57,849 nucleotides of DNA from Minisyncoccia bacterium (lineage in GTDB: Bacteria > Patescibacteriota > Minisyncoccia > Phycocordibacterales > UBA9973): the NCBI GenBank assembly GCA_038251535.1, contig JBBSBF010000004.1:1-57849 (forward strand), in the 5' to 3' direction. Positions 46,742 through 56,429 of this stretch are shown here, piece after piece. Position 1 is the first letter of the stretch, and every line of letters starts with the position of its first letter. Under the pieces are notes generated by a model. It saw nothing but the letters and a program-made list of their open reading frames with translations, had not been told where the DNA came from and searched no databases. The position numbers and the translations under genes are program-made.

Positions 46742-48001
46742 CTATTGTATGTCGATTTTGATGCGAGAAGGACTTTGCGGGAAAAATGGTGCCCAAAATG
46801 GGTAAAAATGGTACTCAGCACTACTAATCTCAGGGATCTCTGAAAAAATTGATTCAAAGCCTTTTTTAGACTTTCCGACTAAGGATTGCCTGATTGTTTC
46901 GATTGGAGCCTTGGTGATGATGGTTCCCGTACCTGAAATTTTAACGAGTATCGTATCGGGAGTATTTTTAGGATCGCTCGGGAGTTGACTAACGGGTATA
47001 ACGGTCAAATCATTGATCGTAGGGATACTTACTCGCGCATACGTATGATCACTTAGTACTCGATTTGCAATTGCGCTTTCGAGCATTTCTCGTGAGATCA
47101 GATAGGTAACCATCGTACCCTTTATACTTGCGGGAAACTTAACGCTGGCACCTTTTAGGGTGATCGAGTCACTACTAATCGTTGCTGCCTGAAGATCAGG
47201 AAAGGCAAGCAACGTATCAGGGATCTGTGCTCGTGTTTCTCGCTTCAATCGCTCTAACAACTGCGCCTGAAGTGTCGCTATGACATCTGCCTGATCAGCT
47301 GTTGAGACACTGTGCGCTACGCCGTCTTCTCCACCAGTCACCTGCCCTGCGGATTGGGCATAAAATTGCTTTGCCTTAGTTCCCGTCCATCCTGATACGA
47401 CAAAACTAGTACCACTCGTGTTGTAGGTCGGTCCAATACTAGTAGCAACGATCGCAGTTGCGGTCGAAGTGCCAGCCGTTTTGACCTTGTTTTGAATCGT
47501 ATATCCTGGTACTACTGCATTCTCCAAAGTGGTGTATGTTTTACCATCCGCAGCAGTAAGTTTTGTTTTTGCTTTAACTGTTTGAGCCTTGGTACTGTAT
47601 TCGTTAAAAAACACGACCTTCCCTTTTGCATAGCTCGTACTTGGCTCTACCTGAGAACCATACACCTGTCGTGAGACTTCGGCTGGCACAATCATTGTTT
47701 GAAACGATAGTCTACCCGTAGTACCCGCAGTTTCTTGATCCAGCTCGAACTCTGCTCCATCGAGAGTGAATGGTATCTGTCGCTGTGTGACTACCACGGT
47801 TGCTCTCACCACTTTCATCCCCGCTATATATAAAAAAGCCAAAAAGAGTGGTACAAGACTGATGATAATGATTTTTTTGAAAACAAACGTTGGTTTTCGA
47901 GGACTTTTTTGACGGTGAATAACAACTGGCTCTATCTCAATTTCTCGGAGTGGTGTACCTTTTTCCCTATCTTCTTTGCGGATTACATCATAGAGCTTCA
48001 T
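46742..48001 (-). CDS. Single-TM protein with baseplate-J-like beta domain
   Basis: TM then AKGKVVFFN...T.L...G..Y...VVPG...A...G..YN...TGG pattern. Confidence 0.6.
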   Translation of the reverse strand: MKLYDVIRKEDREKGTPLREIEIEPVVIHRQKSPRKPTFVFKKIIIISLVPLFLAFLYIAGMKVVRATVVVTQRQIPFTLDGAEFELDQETAGTTGRLSFQTMIVPAEVSRQVYGSQVEPSTSYAKGKVVFFNEYSTKAQTVKAKTKLTAADGKTYTTLENAVVPGYTIQNKVKTAGTSTATAIVATSIGPTYNTSGTSFVVSGWTGTKAKQFYAQSAGQVTGGEDGVAHSVSTADQADVIATLQAQLLERLKRETRAQIPDTLLAFPDLQAATISSDSITLKGASVKFPASIKGTMVTYLISREMLESAIANRVLSDHTYARVSIPTINDLTVIPVSQLPSDPKNTPDTILVKISGTGTIITKAPIETIRQSLVGKSKKGFESIFSEIPEISSAEYHFYPFWAPFFPQSPSRIKIDIQ

Positions 48002-48015
48002 ATACCCGCATTATA

Positions 48016-49179
48016 TTATAAAAACTCCTTTACAAAAAGCGCTGTAATTCCTACCCCAACGTCGATCGCAGAAACGTCGTTCGTATCCATAGCTGTACCG
48101 AGATATGTCTCGTCAAAAAAACGAATCACGGTCGCTTGCGGCGAGCAGCGATGGGCGATCATCGGGTCGCTTTCCACGATATTTTTCAATATCGTTTCAA
48201 AACGTTTATCGATACAGATAATGATTGTCGGGGGTAAGCAAAATCCATATTCGTTATTATCCAAGAGTTGTTGTAAGGCGATTTGCCACCGGTTTGTAAA
48301 AATAGTAATTGCTTTTTCGATCTCTGTGCTTTCTCCTGGAGAAAGTTTACCGAGACGATACGACTCAAACAGTGCAATTGCCTCAGTTGCTTGAGATTTG
48401 CCGTTTAAGACGAGCGTTCGATAGAGACTGTACGATCCCGATGGAAATGAACGCTGATACAATATCGTACGATGTTTGAGTATGGCAATATCGGTTACTT
48501 CTTCGCTCATGTGCATGAGTACGCAGTCATTTTCAATTACTCCCGTGTTTTGTGCAACAATGCCCATGGTCAAAAGCCGTGTCGAAAATTGTATCCGACG
48601 AGTACCATACGTGCGCTTGAACGTGTCGGAAAAAAGCGCGAGCACGTTTTTTGGTGCAATCGTTACCACTAACGCGAGCTCTACCGTAGTGGCTTTTTTG
48701 CCAATAGGAGTGTTAGTGCTATATCCATTGAGTTTTGTCTCAGAGAGTTGTTTTTCGATAACTACTGATTCTTTGCCATACACTCCATAGGAAGTATTTT
48801 CTTCTGAAAGCAACCCCATGATCTCTTGGTCGACAAGGGAGTCTAGTAACTTTTTGGTACACGTAAAGGGCGTATCTTTTTGATAATGAATAGTCTTTAC
48901 TTTTGTGCTGTACCACGGCGAATCAAGCACAACTTGAATCAAAAAAGGATGGTGAACATCTGCCTTCCCTACGCGAACAATGACATCTTCTAAATAATGA
49001 ACCGTGTTTTCAACAAACCGATCCATTTTGATGTCTTCTTGGAGTGGGGCTGCCGTGCGAACGCTCGCAAGTACGGTCATTTTTTTTGCACTTTCGTGCG
49101 GCAGGAGTATATGCGCCCCGCCAACCGAACCCGAGCTGATGTCGTACACCGCAAATACTCCTGTATGAGGTCGTGCCAT
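48016..49179 (-). CDS. Divergent FtsA/PilM-like actin-fold protein
   Basis: VYDISSGSVGG phosphate-1-like motif, LNGY, degenerate phosphate-2 (HMSEEVTDI). Confidence 0.6.
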   Translation of the reverse strand: MARPHTGVFAVYDISSGSVGGAHILLPHESAKKMTVLASVRTAAPLQEDIKMDRFVENTVHYLEDVIVRVGKADVHHPFLIQVVLDSPWYSTKVKTIHYQKDTPFTCTKKLLDSLVDQEIMGLLSEENTSYGVYGKESVVIEKQLSETKLNGYSTNTPIGKKATTVELALVVTIAPKNVLALFSDTFKRTYGTRRIQFSTRLLTMGIVAQNTGVIENDCVLMHMSEEVTDIAILKHRTILYQRSFPSGSYSLYRTLVLNGKSQATEAIALFESYRLGKLSPGESTEIEKAITIFTNRWQIALQQLLDNNEYGFCLPPTIIICIDKRFETILKNIVESDPMIAHRCSPQATVIRFFDETYLGTAMDTNDVSAIDVGVGITALFVKEFL

Positions 49180-49215
49180 AACATAAGTATACCAAGGAAA
49201 TATCCAAAATGTACA

Positions 49216-50967
49216 TTAGAGCAGTGTCGCTTTGATACGACGAACACCTGCCGACGATGCTTCTTCTTTTTGAATTTTAAATATTCCAAGCTTTCCGGTA
49301 TGCGTCACGTGCGGACCACCACAAAACTCCTGGGAAAATACCTCATCTTGTTCATCATGAATCATATACACCGATACGATATCTGGATACGTCGTGCCAA
49401 ACTCCATTTCTGCCCCCAGTTTCTCTGCTTCCTCTTTTGGCATGTCCTTTTTAGTGACCGTTAGGTCTTGTTTGATTTTTTGATTTACCAAATCTTCTAC
49501 CTTTTGTTTTTCTTCGTGGGTAAGTTTACGGTCGAAGTTGAAATCAATGCGCAAGCGTTCGTCGGTGATATTGGATCCTTTTTGATGAATATCAGGACTC
49601 ACGACTTCTTGGAGCGCCTTGAGGAGCAAGTGATGCGCAGTATGCAGCTTCGTCGTTATATCAGAAGTATTTGCAAGCCCACCTTTAAACTTATGTTCGC
49701 TGCCTGAGCGCGAGAGATCTTGGTGCGCTTTCATTTCTTGATCAAACTTTGCCCGATCAATCGTAATTCCTTTTTCTTTAGCTAATTCTTCAGTTATCTC
49801 TATTGGAAATCCGTACGTTGTCGCGAGAATAAATGGATCAGTTCCTTTTTCAAATTCTTTTAGACCTGCATCGAGCGTTTTTGTAAATTTATTTTCTTCT
49901 GTATTAATTATCACTTCAATTTCGAGTTTCATAACTTCGGGATATTGTTCTTTGTACATTTCACCAAAAAGTACCGATGACGTTCCAAGAAAATGTTCCG
50001 GCAGCCCCAACTTTTTTGCCTGCATAACCGCACGACGGATAAGTCGACGCAAAATATAACCCTGATCTTTATTCCCTGGTACAATCCCATCTGAAATAAG
50101 AAACAAAGCAGTTCGCGTATGATCTGCGATAATACGGGCAGCGCGTTCATCATACCTTTCTGCAGTATCTTTTATTTTAGCCATCACCGGAGCAAAGAGA
50201 TCGGTCTCATACGCATTTTGTTTTGAATTAATTGCAGCAACAAGACGTTCAAATCCTGAACCAGTATCTACATTTTTTTGTGCAAGTTTTCCAACAACTA
50301 TGCCCTCTTTTTTTACATATTCCATAAAAACATTGTTCCATATTTCTACAACCTCCTGCCTCTCATCTGCTTTCAAATACTCTTCTTTTGTCATATCTCC
50401 TAGTCCTCTTTCAGTTACATCATAAAATATTTCTGTATCTGGACCGCATGGACCATTATCTCCAGCATCCCACCAGTTTGGCTCTTTTTTACCATTCCAT
50501 CCCAAGAAATAAATTCTATGTTCAGGAATATATTTTTTCCAGATCTCAAACGACTCTTCATCGCGAGGTGCATCTGCATTGCCTCCAAACACCGTCACAT
50601 AGAGTCTAAGAGGATCAAGACCAAATCCTTCTTCTTTTGAAGTTAGTAGTTCATAGCTCCATTTTATGGATTCTTCTTTAAAATAGTCTCCTAATGACCA
50701 GTTTCCGAGCATTTCAAAAAATGTATTATGGGTATTGTCCCCTATTTCATCTATATCTCCTGTGCGAACACATTTCTGACATGACACAAGCCGTTTACCG
50801 AGTCGGTGTGGCTCACCGAGAAGGTATGGCACTAGAGGTTGCATGCCTGCAGTAGTAAAAAGTACTGATGGATCATTATTTGGTACCAAACTTGCACTGG
50901 GCAAAATCGCATGTCCGCGTTTAGCGAAAAAGTCCAAGAATCGTTGTCTTATTTCTGATGAAGTCAT
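49216..50967 (-). CDS. alaS: Alanine--tRNA ligase (short form, no C-Ala domain)
   Basis: LFTTAGMQ, HNTFFEMLGNWS, GPCGP, HTAHHLL, CGGPHV, GVRRI. Confidence 0.96.
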   Translation of the reverse strand: MTSSEIRQRFLDFFAKRGHAILPSASLVPNNDPSVLFTTAGMQPLVPYLLGEPHRLGKRLVSCQKCVRTGDIDEIGDNTHNTFFEMLGNWSLGDYFKEESIKWSYELLTSKEEGFGLDPLRLYVTVFGGNADAPRDEESFEIWKKYIPEHRIYFLGWNGKKEPNWWDAGDNGPCGPDTEIFYDVTERGLGDMTKEEYLKADERQEVVEIWNNVFMEYVKKEGIVVGKLAQKNVDTGSGFERLVAAINSKQNAYETDLFAPVMAKIKDTAERYDERAARIIADHTRTALFLISDGIVPGNKDQGYILRRLIRRAVMQAKKLGLPEHFLGTSSVLFGEMYKEQYPEVMKLEIEVIINTEENKFTKTLDAGLKEFEKGTDPFILATTYGFPIEITEELAKEKGITIDRAKFDQEMKAHQDLSRSGSEHKFKGGLANTSDITTKLHTAHHLLLKALQEVVSPDIHQKGSNITDERLRIDFNFDRKLTHEEKQKVEDLVNQKIKQDLTVTKKDMPKEEAEKLGAEMEFGTTYPDIVSVYMIHDEQDEVFSQEFCGGPHVTHTGKLGIFKIQKEEASSAGVRRIKATLL

Positions 50968-50969
50968 AC

Positions 50970-52799
50970 TTATTTTTTGTACTGCGTCTTAAGCCATTTG
51001 GCATATGTATCCGTCATAGCTTTGTACCCTTTCTTACTATCTGCAATCTTTTTTTTGCCATGAACAAGCTCGATCGTTGCGTTGATTTCGTCTCCTTTCA
51101 AAGGTTTTTGCCTGACTGTTTTTTGGCGCTCAATTCTCTCTTTTGCTTTCTTTTGCACTTGCGATAACGACATAGTGATATTTCTTAGATAAGCATTTGA
51201 GGAAAGTTTTTTACCTGTTGCAATCTTTACTACTTCAGGAAATGGTTTGATTGAACCAAACTTCCAGACTTTTTGCATTTCTTTACCGATATGTGGATTG
51301 TCTACGATATATCCATATTTCTCGAAAAAATATTCTCGCCACTGTGAAAGTGCGAGTGTTGCCAATCCATATCCTTGATATGAACAAGAACTTTCCCACG
51401 AATAAATATGTGGTACATCGAGCGGATACGTCGACTCAACACTTCGATCAAAGTACTTTTTATAATTCTTTTTGGCAATTGCGACCACCATCTCTTTGGT
51501 AAGATTTTTGGATTCATAAATTTCACGTTCAAAGTTACACACCATCATAATACCCATAAGATCCAGAGGGCGCAGTGGATGTAATGCCTTTAATTGCCGC
51601 ATATAGAGATCAAATGGATACTGTTCACCTTCAGCATTTTTTGCATAGAGGGTGCGCCACTCAATACTCGAATTCACTGTATCAAGAAACATGCTCTGCG
51701 TTTCATCCCAAGCAGTCGATGCTGGTGGGTATTCTACATTCATACAGACATCTCTATTGTCAGTATTGAGCAAATGCGCTGCATGTCCCCCTTCATGAAA
51801 AAGGGTGTGCAGACCACTAGCAGCTTGTCCGGGAATTCCAGGAACAAGTGTGCAAGTAAATTGTGCAGTCGCAGGTTTCCGAAGAACTCCATCATAGTGG
51901 ACTGGGTCTGGCCAATGACAAAAACCGTTGTTGTATTTGCCTTCTCTATCAAGCAAATCGAGCACTATAGTACCTCCACGAAAACTAATACCGAGACGAG
52001 AAAACGTCTCTATCCATGTCGGTATTGCTAGTTCAAATGGAAAGTATGGGTCTGCCTCTTTTACAAATGAGCCCGACATCATATAGCCAAAGTTCCATGG
52101 CTTTCGAAGACCAGATTTTTCCTTTTCTAAATCACGAATATTTTTAAATCCATATTTAGTCTTTTCGTAAATTGTATCCCAGAGTGAAAAAAGTTCTTTT
52201 TTTGTCATTCGTTCTTCAAGTGCCAATTTGTAAGCATAAAAATCTTCATACCCAAGTGCTTTTGCGTACTTATTTTTCTTCTGTACAAGATCAACATATT
52301 CATCAACACACAGTACTGAAAGAGATTCAGTTGCATCAAAGCATGCCTTACGGATCTTTTCATCATCGTGAGTATTACGAAGGCTGCGCATACCATTTCG
52401 AGACAATGGCACAAACTTATTTGTATAGGGATCGATGTACCCTTCTTTTTTAGTAGATTGTTTTGTTTCTATCTTTGTTTGAAGTTCAGTGATTTCTTTA
52501 CGAAGCGAAATGAGTTCTGGTGGAGTTTGGTAACGGCTAAAAAAATCTTTCCAGTATGATAGTCGTGTTTTCGTAGTACCTTTTGCAGATATCAGAAACT
52601 GCTCAACAGCAGCTGAAAGTGTCGTGTTAGTACGAAAATCTTCACGAGCAACCTCCGCTTTATCTTTTTTGTCAGCAAGAGATTTGTCACCCATATACAC
52701 TTTCCAAAATAAGTACTCGAAATCTTTATGAACGTTAAGATATTCATTATTGAGATAGTCCAATAATTGCTTAGCAGATTTCCACGTTTTTGCTTTCAT
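50970..52799 (-). CDS. M3 family metallo-oligopeptidase
   Basis: R.GKY.NGF, TLFHEGGHAAH (HExxH), downstream ETQSMF. Confidence 0.85.
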   Translation of the reverse strand: MKAKTWKSAKQLLDYLNNEYLNVHKDFEYLFWKVYMGDKSLADKKDKAEVAREDFRTNTTLSAAVEQFLISAKGTTKTRLSYWKDFFSRYQTPPELISLRKEITELQTKIETKQSTKKEGYIDPYTNKFVPLSRNGMRSLRNTHDDEKIRKACFDATESLSVLCVDEYVDLVQKKNKYAKALGYEDFYAYKLALEERMTKKELFSLWDTIYEKTKYGFKNIRDLEKEKSGLRKPWNFGYMMSGSFVKEADPYFPFELAIPTWIETFSRLGISFRGGTIVLDLLDREGKYNNGFCHWPDPVHYDGVLRKPATAQFTCTLVPGIPGQAASGLHTLFHEGGHAAHLLNTDNRDVCMNVEYPPASTAWDETQSMFLDTVNSSIEWRTLYAKNAEGEQYPFDLYMRQLKALHPLRPLDLMGIMMVCNFEREIYESKNLTKEMVVAIAKKNYKKYFDRSVESTYPLDVPHIYSWESSCSYQGYGLATLALSQWREYFFEKYGYIVDNPHIGKEMQKVWKFGSIKPFPEVVKIATGKKLSSNAYLRNITMSLSQVQKKAKERIERQKTVRQKPLKGDEINATIELVHGKKKIADSKKGYKAMTDTYAKWLKTQYKK

Positions 52800-52822
52800 A
52801 TCCCGCATCATACCAAATATTC

Positions 52823-52847
52823 AAAAAAGCCCGAAATGGGCTTTTTG
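52823..52847. terminator. Intrinsic terminator
   Basis: AAAAAGCCC-GAAAT-GGGCTTTTT. Confidence 0.75.
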
Positions 52848-52876
52848 GCTACGTATTCAAATTTGTATGCAAAACT

Positions 52877-53344
52877 TTAGAGTGGGGAGTTTTCTTCATC
52901 CTTCCCGAGGTGCATTTTGCGAACTTGTTTTTCGATCAACCACAGCACCACAAAGGTAAAAAGGGAGAGTACTGTTGCGATGATTGCCAGTCGATAGAGG
53001 CCAAAACCAGACGCCATCCCGATCCCTGCTGCAACCCACATACCACTTGCAGTGGTGATACCACTGACCCGTTGTCCGTTGTTAAATATCGCTCCGACTC
53101 CGAGAAATCCTGCGGCGGCGATGATCTGTGCTGCGATATGATAGTCGTACCCTATCGAAGACGGGATTTGTTCAGTGATCATTTTTGAAATGATAATGAA
53201 GAGTGCGGAGCCCATCGAGATCAGTGTGTACGTGCGCATCCCCGCAGTCTTGTGAGCAATAAATCGCTCGAGTCCGAGTACCATACCGAGCACCATCGCG
53301 AGTAGTAATGTTGTCACGACAGAATCACCAAATATATGTTGCAT
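52877..53344 (-). CDS. MgtC/SapB family protein
   Basis: LGLER....AGMRT, GFLG.G.I, GITTA..W..A.IG. Confidence 0.93.
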   Translation of the reverse strand: MQHIFGDSVVTTLLLAMVLGMVLGLERFIAHKTAGMRTYTLISMGSALFIIISKMITEQIPSSIGYDYHIAAQIIAAAGFLGVGAIFNNGQRVSGITTASGMWVAAGIGMASGFGLYRLAIIATVLSLFTFVVLWLIEKQVRKMHLGKDEENSPL

Positions 53345-53362
53345 AAAACCAGTATACGAGTA

Positions 53363-54424
53363 TTAGGATACTTTATCAATGATTCCCCCACCGATCACCG
53401 TGTTTCCATCGTAGAGAACGAGGGATTGTCCCACTGCGATCACGCCATTATCATCAAGTGCTATTGTGAGGTCTTTCCTCACAACTGACGAAATGTGTTC
53501 CCCGTGGTAGCGGATCTGTGCTGTATATTTCTGACCAACACTTGGTTCAACGAGCCAGTTCACCTCACTCAACGTGATGATTTGTGGCAGTGTTTGAGAC
53601 ATGCGTGTTGGCTCGTGTGAGACGATGAGATGGTTTTTCTGTATGTCTTTGCCTACCACATAGTACGGCGTCCGCTCAGTTGAAAGTTCGGAGATCGTAA
53701 ATCCATGCCGTTCTCCAAGAGTATAAAAAACAACTCCATCGTGTCTACCGATCACTACACCTTTTTCAGTCACTACATCTCCAGGTTTTTCTTTGATGTA
53801 GTGTGAGAGAAATTCACGCATGTCGACTGCTCCGAGGAAACAGATACCCTGACTATCTTTTTTAGTCGCAGTAAACAGACCGGCATTTTCTGCAATAGTC
53901 CGTACTTCAGATTTTTTCAAGTGCCCGATAGGAAATTGAATATGCGACAACTCATCGTTTCGAATCATCCATAAAAAATACGTTTGATCTTTAACCTGAT
54001 CTGCTGCCTGCTGTAGTGTTTGACCATCTGTCTGCACATAATGCCCCGTCGCGATAGCGTCAGCACCTAGGGATTTGGCATACTCCCACATAACACCAAA
54101 TTTGATTACTCGGTTACAGAGCACGTCGGGGTTTGGGGTACGCCCGGCACGGTATTCTAGAATCATATAATCAGCAACTCCATCTTTGTATGCTTGCTCT
54201 GCGTCGAGGAAGTAAAAAGGGATATCAAGCGCTGCACAAACTCGCATCGCATCTCGTTTCTCTTCTACCCATGTACACGAAAGCCACTCTGGAGACCATG
54301 TTGTGACAAATACGCCATGCACATCATAGCCTTGTTTTTTCAAGAGATATGCAGCGACTGACGAGTCCACTCCGCCTGATATGCCGACAAAAATTTTCTG
54401 CTTTATATTAGTCTTCTTTTGCAC
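53363..54424 (-). CDS. mnmA: tRNA 2-thiouridylase
   Basis: SGGVDSS, TPNPD..CN..IKF, ATGHY, KDQTYFL, DSQGICF. Confidence 0.97.
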   Translation of the reverse strand: MQKKTNIKQKIFVGISGGVDSSVAAYLLKKQGYDVHGVFVTTWSPEWLSCTWVEEKRDAMRVCAALDIPFYFLDAEQAYKDGVADYMILEYRAGRTPNPDVLCNRVIKFGVMWEYAKSLGADAIATGHYVQTDGQTLQQAADQVKDQTYFLWMIRNDELSHIQFPIGHLKKSEVRTIAENAGLFTATKKDSQGICFLGAVDMREFLSHYIKEKPGDVVTEKGVVIGRHDGVVFYTLGERHGFTISELSTERTPYYVVGKDIQKNHLIVSHEPTRMSQTLPQIITLSEVNWLVEPSVGQKYTAQIRYHGEHISSVVRKDLTIALDDNGVIAVGQSLVLYDGNTVIGGGIIDKVS

Positions 54425-54444
54425 AAAATGATACTACCATATAA

Positions 54445-54475
54445 TAAAAAAAGCCTTCCATAATGAAAGGCTTTT
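54445..54475. terminator. Intrinsic terminator
   Basis: AAAAGCCTT...AAGGCTTTT. Confidence 0.7.
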
Positions 54476-54491
54476 AAAAAAGTACAACATA

Positions 54492-56345
54492 CTAACTATC
54501 TACAGAAGGCTTAAATGCTCTACCCCGAATACTTCCAGTATGTTTTGCCATAAGCTCAGTACATTTTTTATTGTATTCTTGAGCAGTATCCAAATCGATA
54601 TTGGTAAAAAACCGATACCAAGACTCTTCAACTTCCATTGGCACGAACAAATGATTCTTGTATGCAACGAAATAGGTTTGCCATTCCTGTGACGTAATGA
54701 ACTTTCCGGCTAAGCTAGCGAGGTACACTGCATGCGGGTAGCTCTCAAAGAGCTTGCTTGCAGGAGATCCGAAGTTTAGCCAGTAAATATCCGTTTCGCA
54801 AATATCCAATTGCTTGCCTAAGGTTTGTATTGTCCATTCCAGAAATTCGATACTTCGTTCGCATGATTCTTTTGTTTCTCCTGGTGAACCGAAGATTAGA
54901 GAATAATGTAAATGGGCACCGCTTTCTTTGATACGTTTTACTGCCTCATGGTTTTCGTTTACCCTAGAGCCTGGCGTGATAGAAGATTTCACAATCCCTT
55001 TTTTCAATGAATTATCATCTCCTGAATCCATGCCCACATTAACGAGCAGTCGATCATTTACTACCGAAAGCCATTTTTCAATTTGTTGTGGCATTTTAGT
55101 AATCCCTTGTGCTCTTCCATAAATAGTCATTGCGTTGAACTTGATATTCTCTTGTTGTAACGCATTAATAACTGGAGACATTTCAAATACTGAGTCAGTT
55201 ACATTGAACACCATATCGATGCCGAATTTTTTATAAACTTCAACATTCTCAATAAGATACTCACGGCTTGGTATTCTAATATCCGCAACTCCTGCAATAG
55301 TACAGTAACTACATACATCTGCTCCTTGTGTTCTGGTACACCCTTGTGCAAACAACGACATAGCATTTTTTACCGTTTCAGGATTGGCGTGTTTATGCCC
55401 AAACTGCGAACGATAATTGCTCCATACCTCGTCCCAATAGGATTGCGGGTATAGATCGAGCTTTGGCACGATGAATACATCGTGCGGGTCAAACTTTCCC
55501 ATACTGTTTTGTTGTTTACGCTCATTCATTTCAGAAACCAGAAAATCGTGCTCATTTGAACGCTGGATCACACCTGGTCTTGTTTCAATACCAAAAATAA
55601 TCAATTGGTCCAAAGACACAGAACTGATCTGTCTGAAAAATGAACGAACGGCGACAACACTGTTTGTTGTGAATACTGCGTCAATGGGTTTATCAGCTAT
55701 TGAAAGCAGCTGATTCACTCTGAATATTGCGGAATCATTTCCGGCAATACAGTATCTTGCTCCAAGCACTTTTGCTCTGCGAGCAAGTTCAACACCTCGT
55801 TCGATACCAGTAACAACAAGACTAAATCCTACAATGTCGCCTGGTTGAATAAGAGCCGAAAGGTTTACATGACCTTGCACGAGTTCATCCCATAGTACAA
55901 CTTCATAATTTTCTTCATGCGCGGCTGTACCAACGAACAATAATCCAAGATGCGGCCAGACACGGTACTGACGATCGCTTTCTTTTGTCTTGTTGAGAAT
56001 CGTTTCCTCAACATTGATTAAAACAAAACGGCGTCGCTGGTCTTTCTTCATGAAGCCAATAGGAAACATACTTGCAACGAATGAACGTTTATCGTCCGTA
56101 AAAAGTTCCTGCCGAAAAGAAAAGTTCATCTTTTTCTCTGCCGGAATCTTGATAGGCGTAAGTACCTTTTTTCGCTCACTTAATGAAAGCGTAGTCATCC
56201 AATTATCCCAGGGCGTGGTATAAGAATAGGCCTGACCCTTACTATCGTAAGCAAGAAGACTCTCATCCCATCCATATACAGGAACAGTCATAACATCCAC
56301 TTTTATAAGGCTTAGTGCCAAAAGCGAAATGAGTAAGTATTTCAT
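54492..56345 (-). CDS. B12-binding-domain radical SAM enzyme with N-terminal extension
   Basis: PHLGLL, DIVGFS B12-like domain; QGCTRTQGADVCSYC cluster motif; VTDS, GMDSG, IFGSPGET; SD AAGGAGGT before MKYLL (56345). Confidence 0.82.
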   Translation of the reverse strand: MKYLLISLLALSLIKVDVMTVPVYGWDESLLAYDSKGQAYSYTTPWDNWMTTLSLSERKKVLTPIKIPAEKKMNFSFRQELFTDDKRSFVASMFPIGFMKKDQRRRFVLINVEETILNKTKESDRQYRVWPHLGLLFVGTAAHEENYEVVLWDELVQGHVNLSALIQPGDIVGFSLVVTGIERGVELARRAKVLGARYCIAGNDSAIFRVNQLLSIADKPIDAVFTTNSVVAVRSFFRQISSVSLDQLIIFGIETRPGVIQRSNEHDFLVSEMNERKQQNSMGKFDPHDVFIVPKLDLYPQSYWDEVWSNYRSQFGHKHANPETVKNAMSLFAQGCTRTQGADVCSYCTIAGVADIRIPSREYLIENVEVYKKFGIDMVFNVTDSVFEMSPVINALQQENIKFNAMTIYGRAQGITKMPQQIEKWLSVVNDRLLVNVGMDSGDDNSLKKGIVKSSITPGSRVNENHEAVKRIKESGAHLHYSLIFGSPGETKESCERSIEFLEWTIQTLGKQLDICETDIYWLNFGSPASKLFESYPHAVYLASLAGKFITSQEWQTYFVAYKNHLFVPMEVEESWYRFFTNIDLDTAQEYNKKCTELMAKHTGSIRGRAFKPSVDS

Positions 56346-56429
56346 TTTTACCTCCTTTTTATTGTGAAAGATTTTAATTACAATACAATTTATTAAATCA
56401 TACGTCAATCCAACCCTATATACAGATCT

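Noticed and set aside
46742-48001. Prophage or contractile injection system
   Set aside because: Single TM-anchored baseplate-J-like gene; no sheath, tube, capsid, terminase or integrase nearby.
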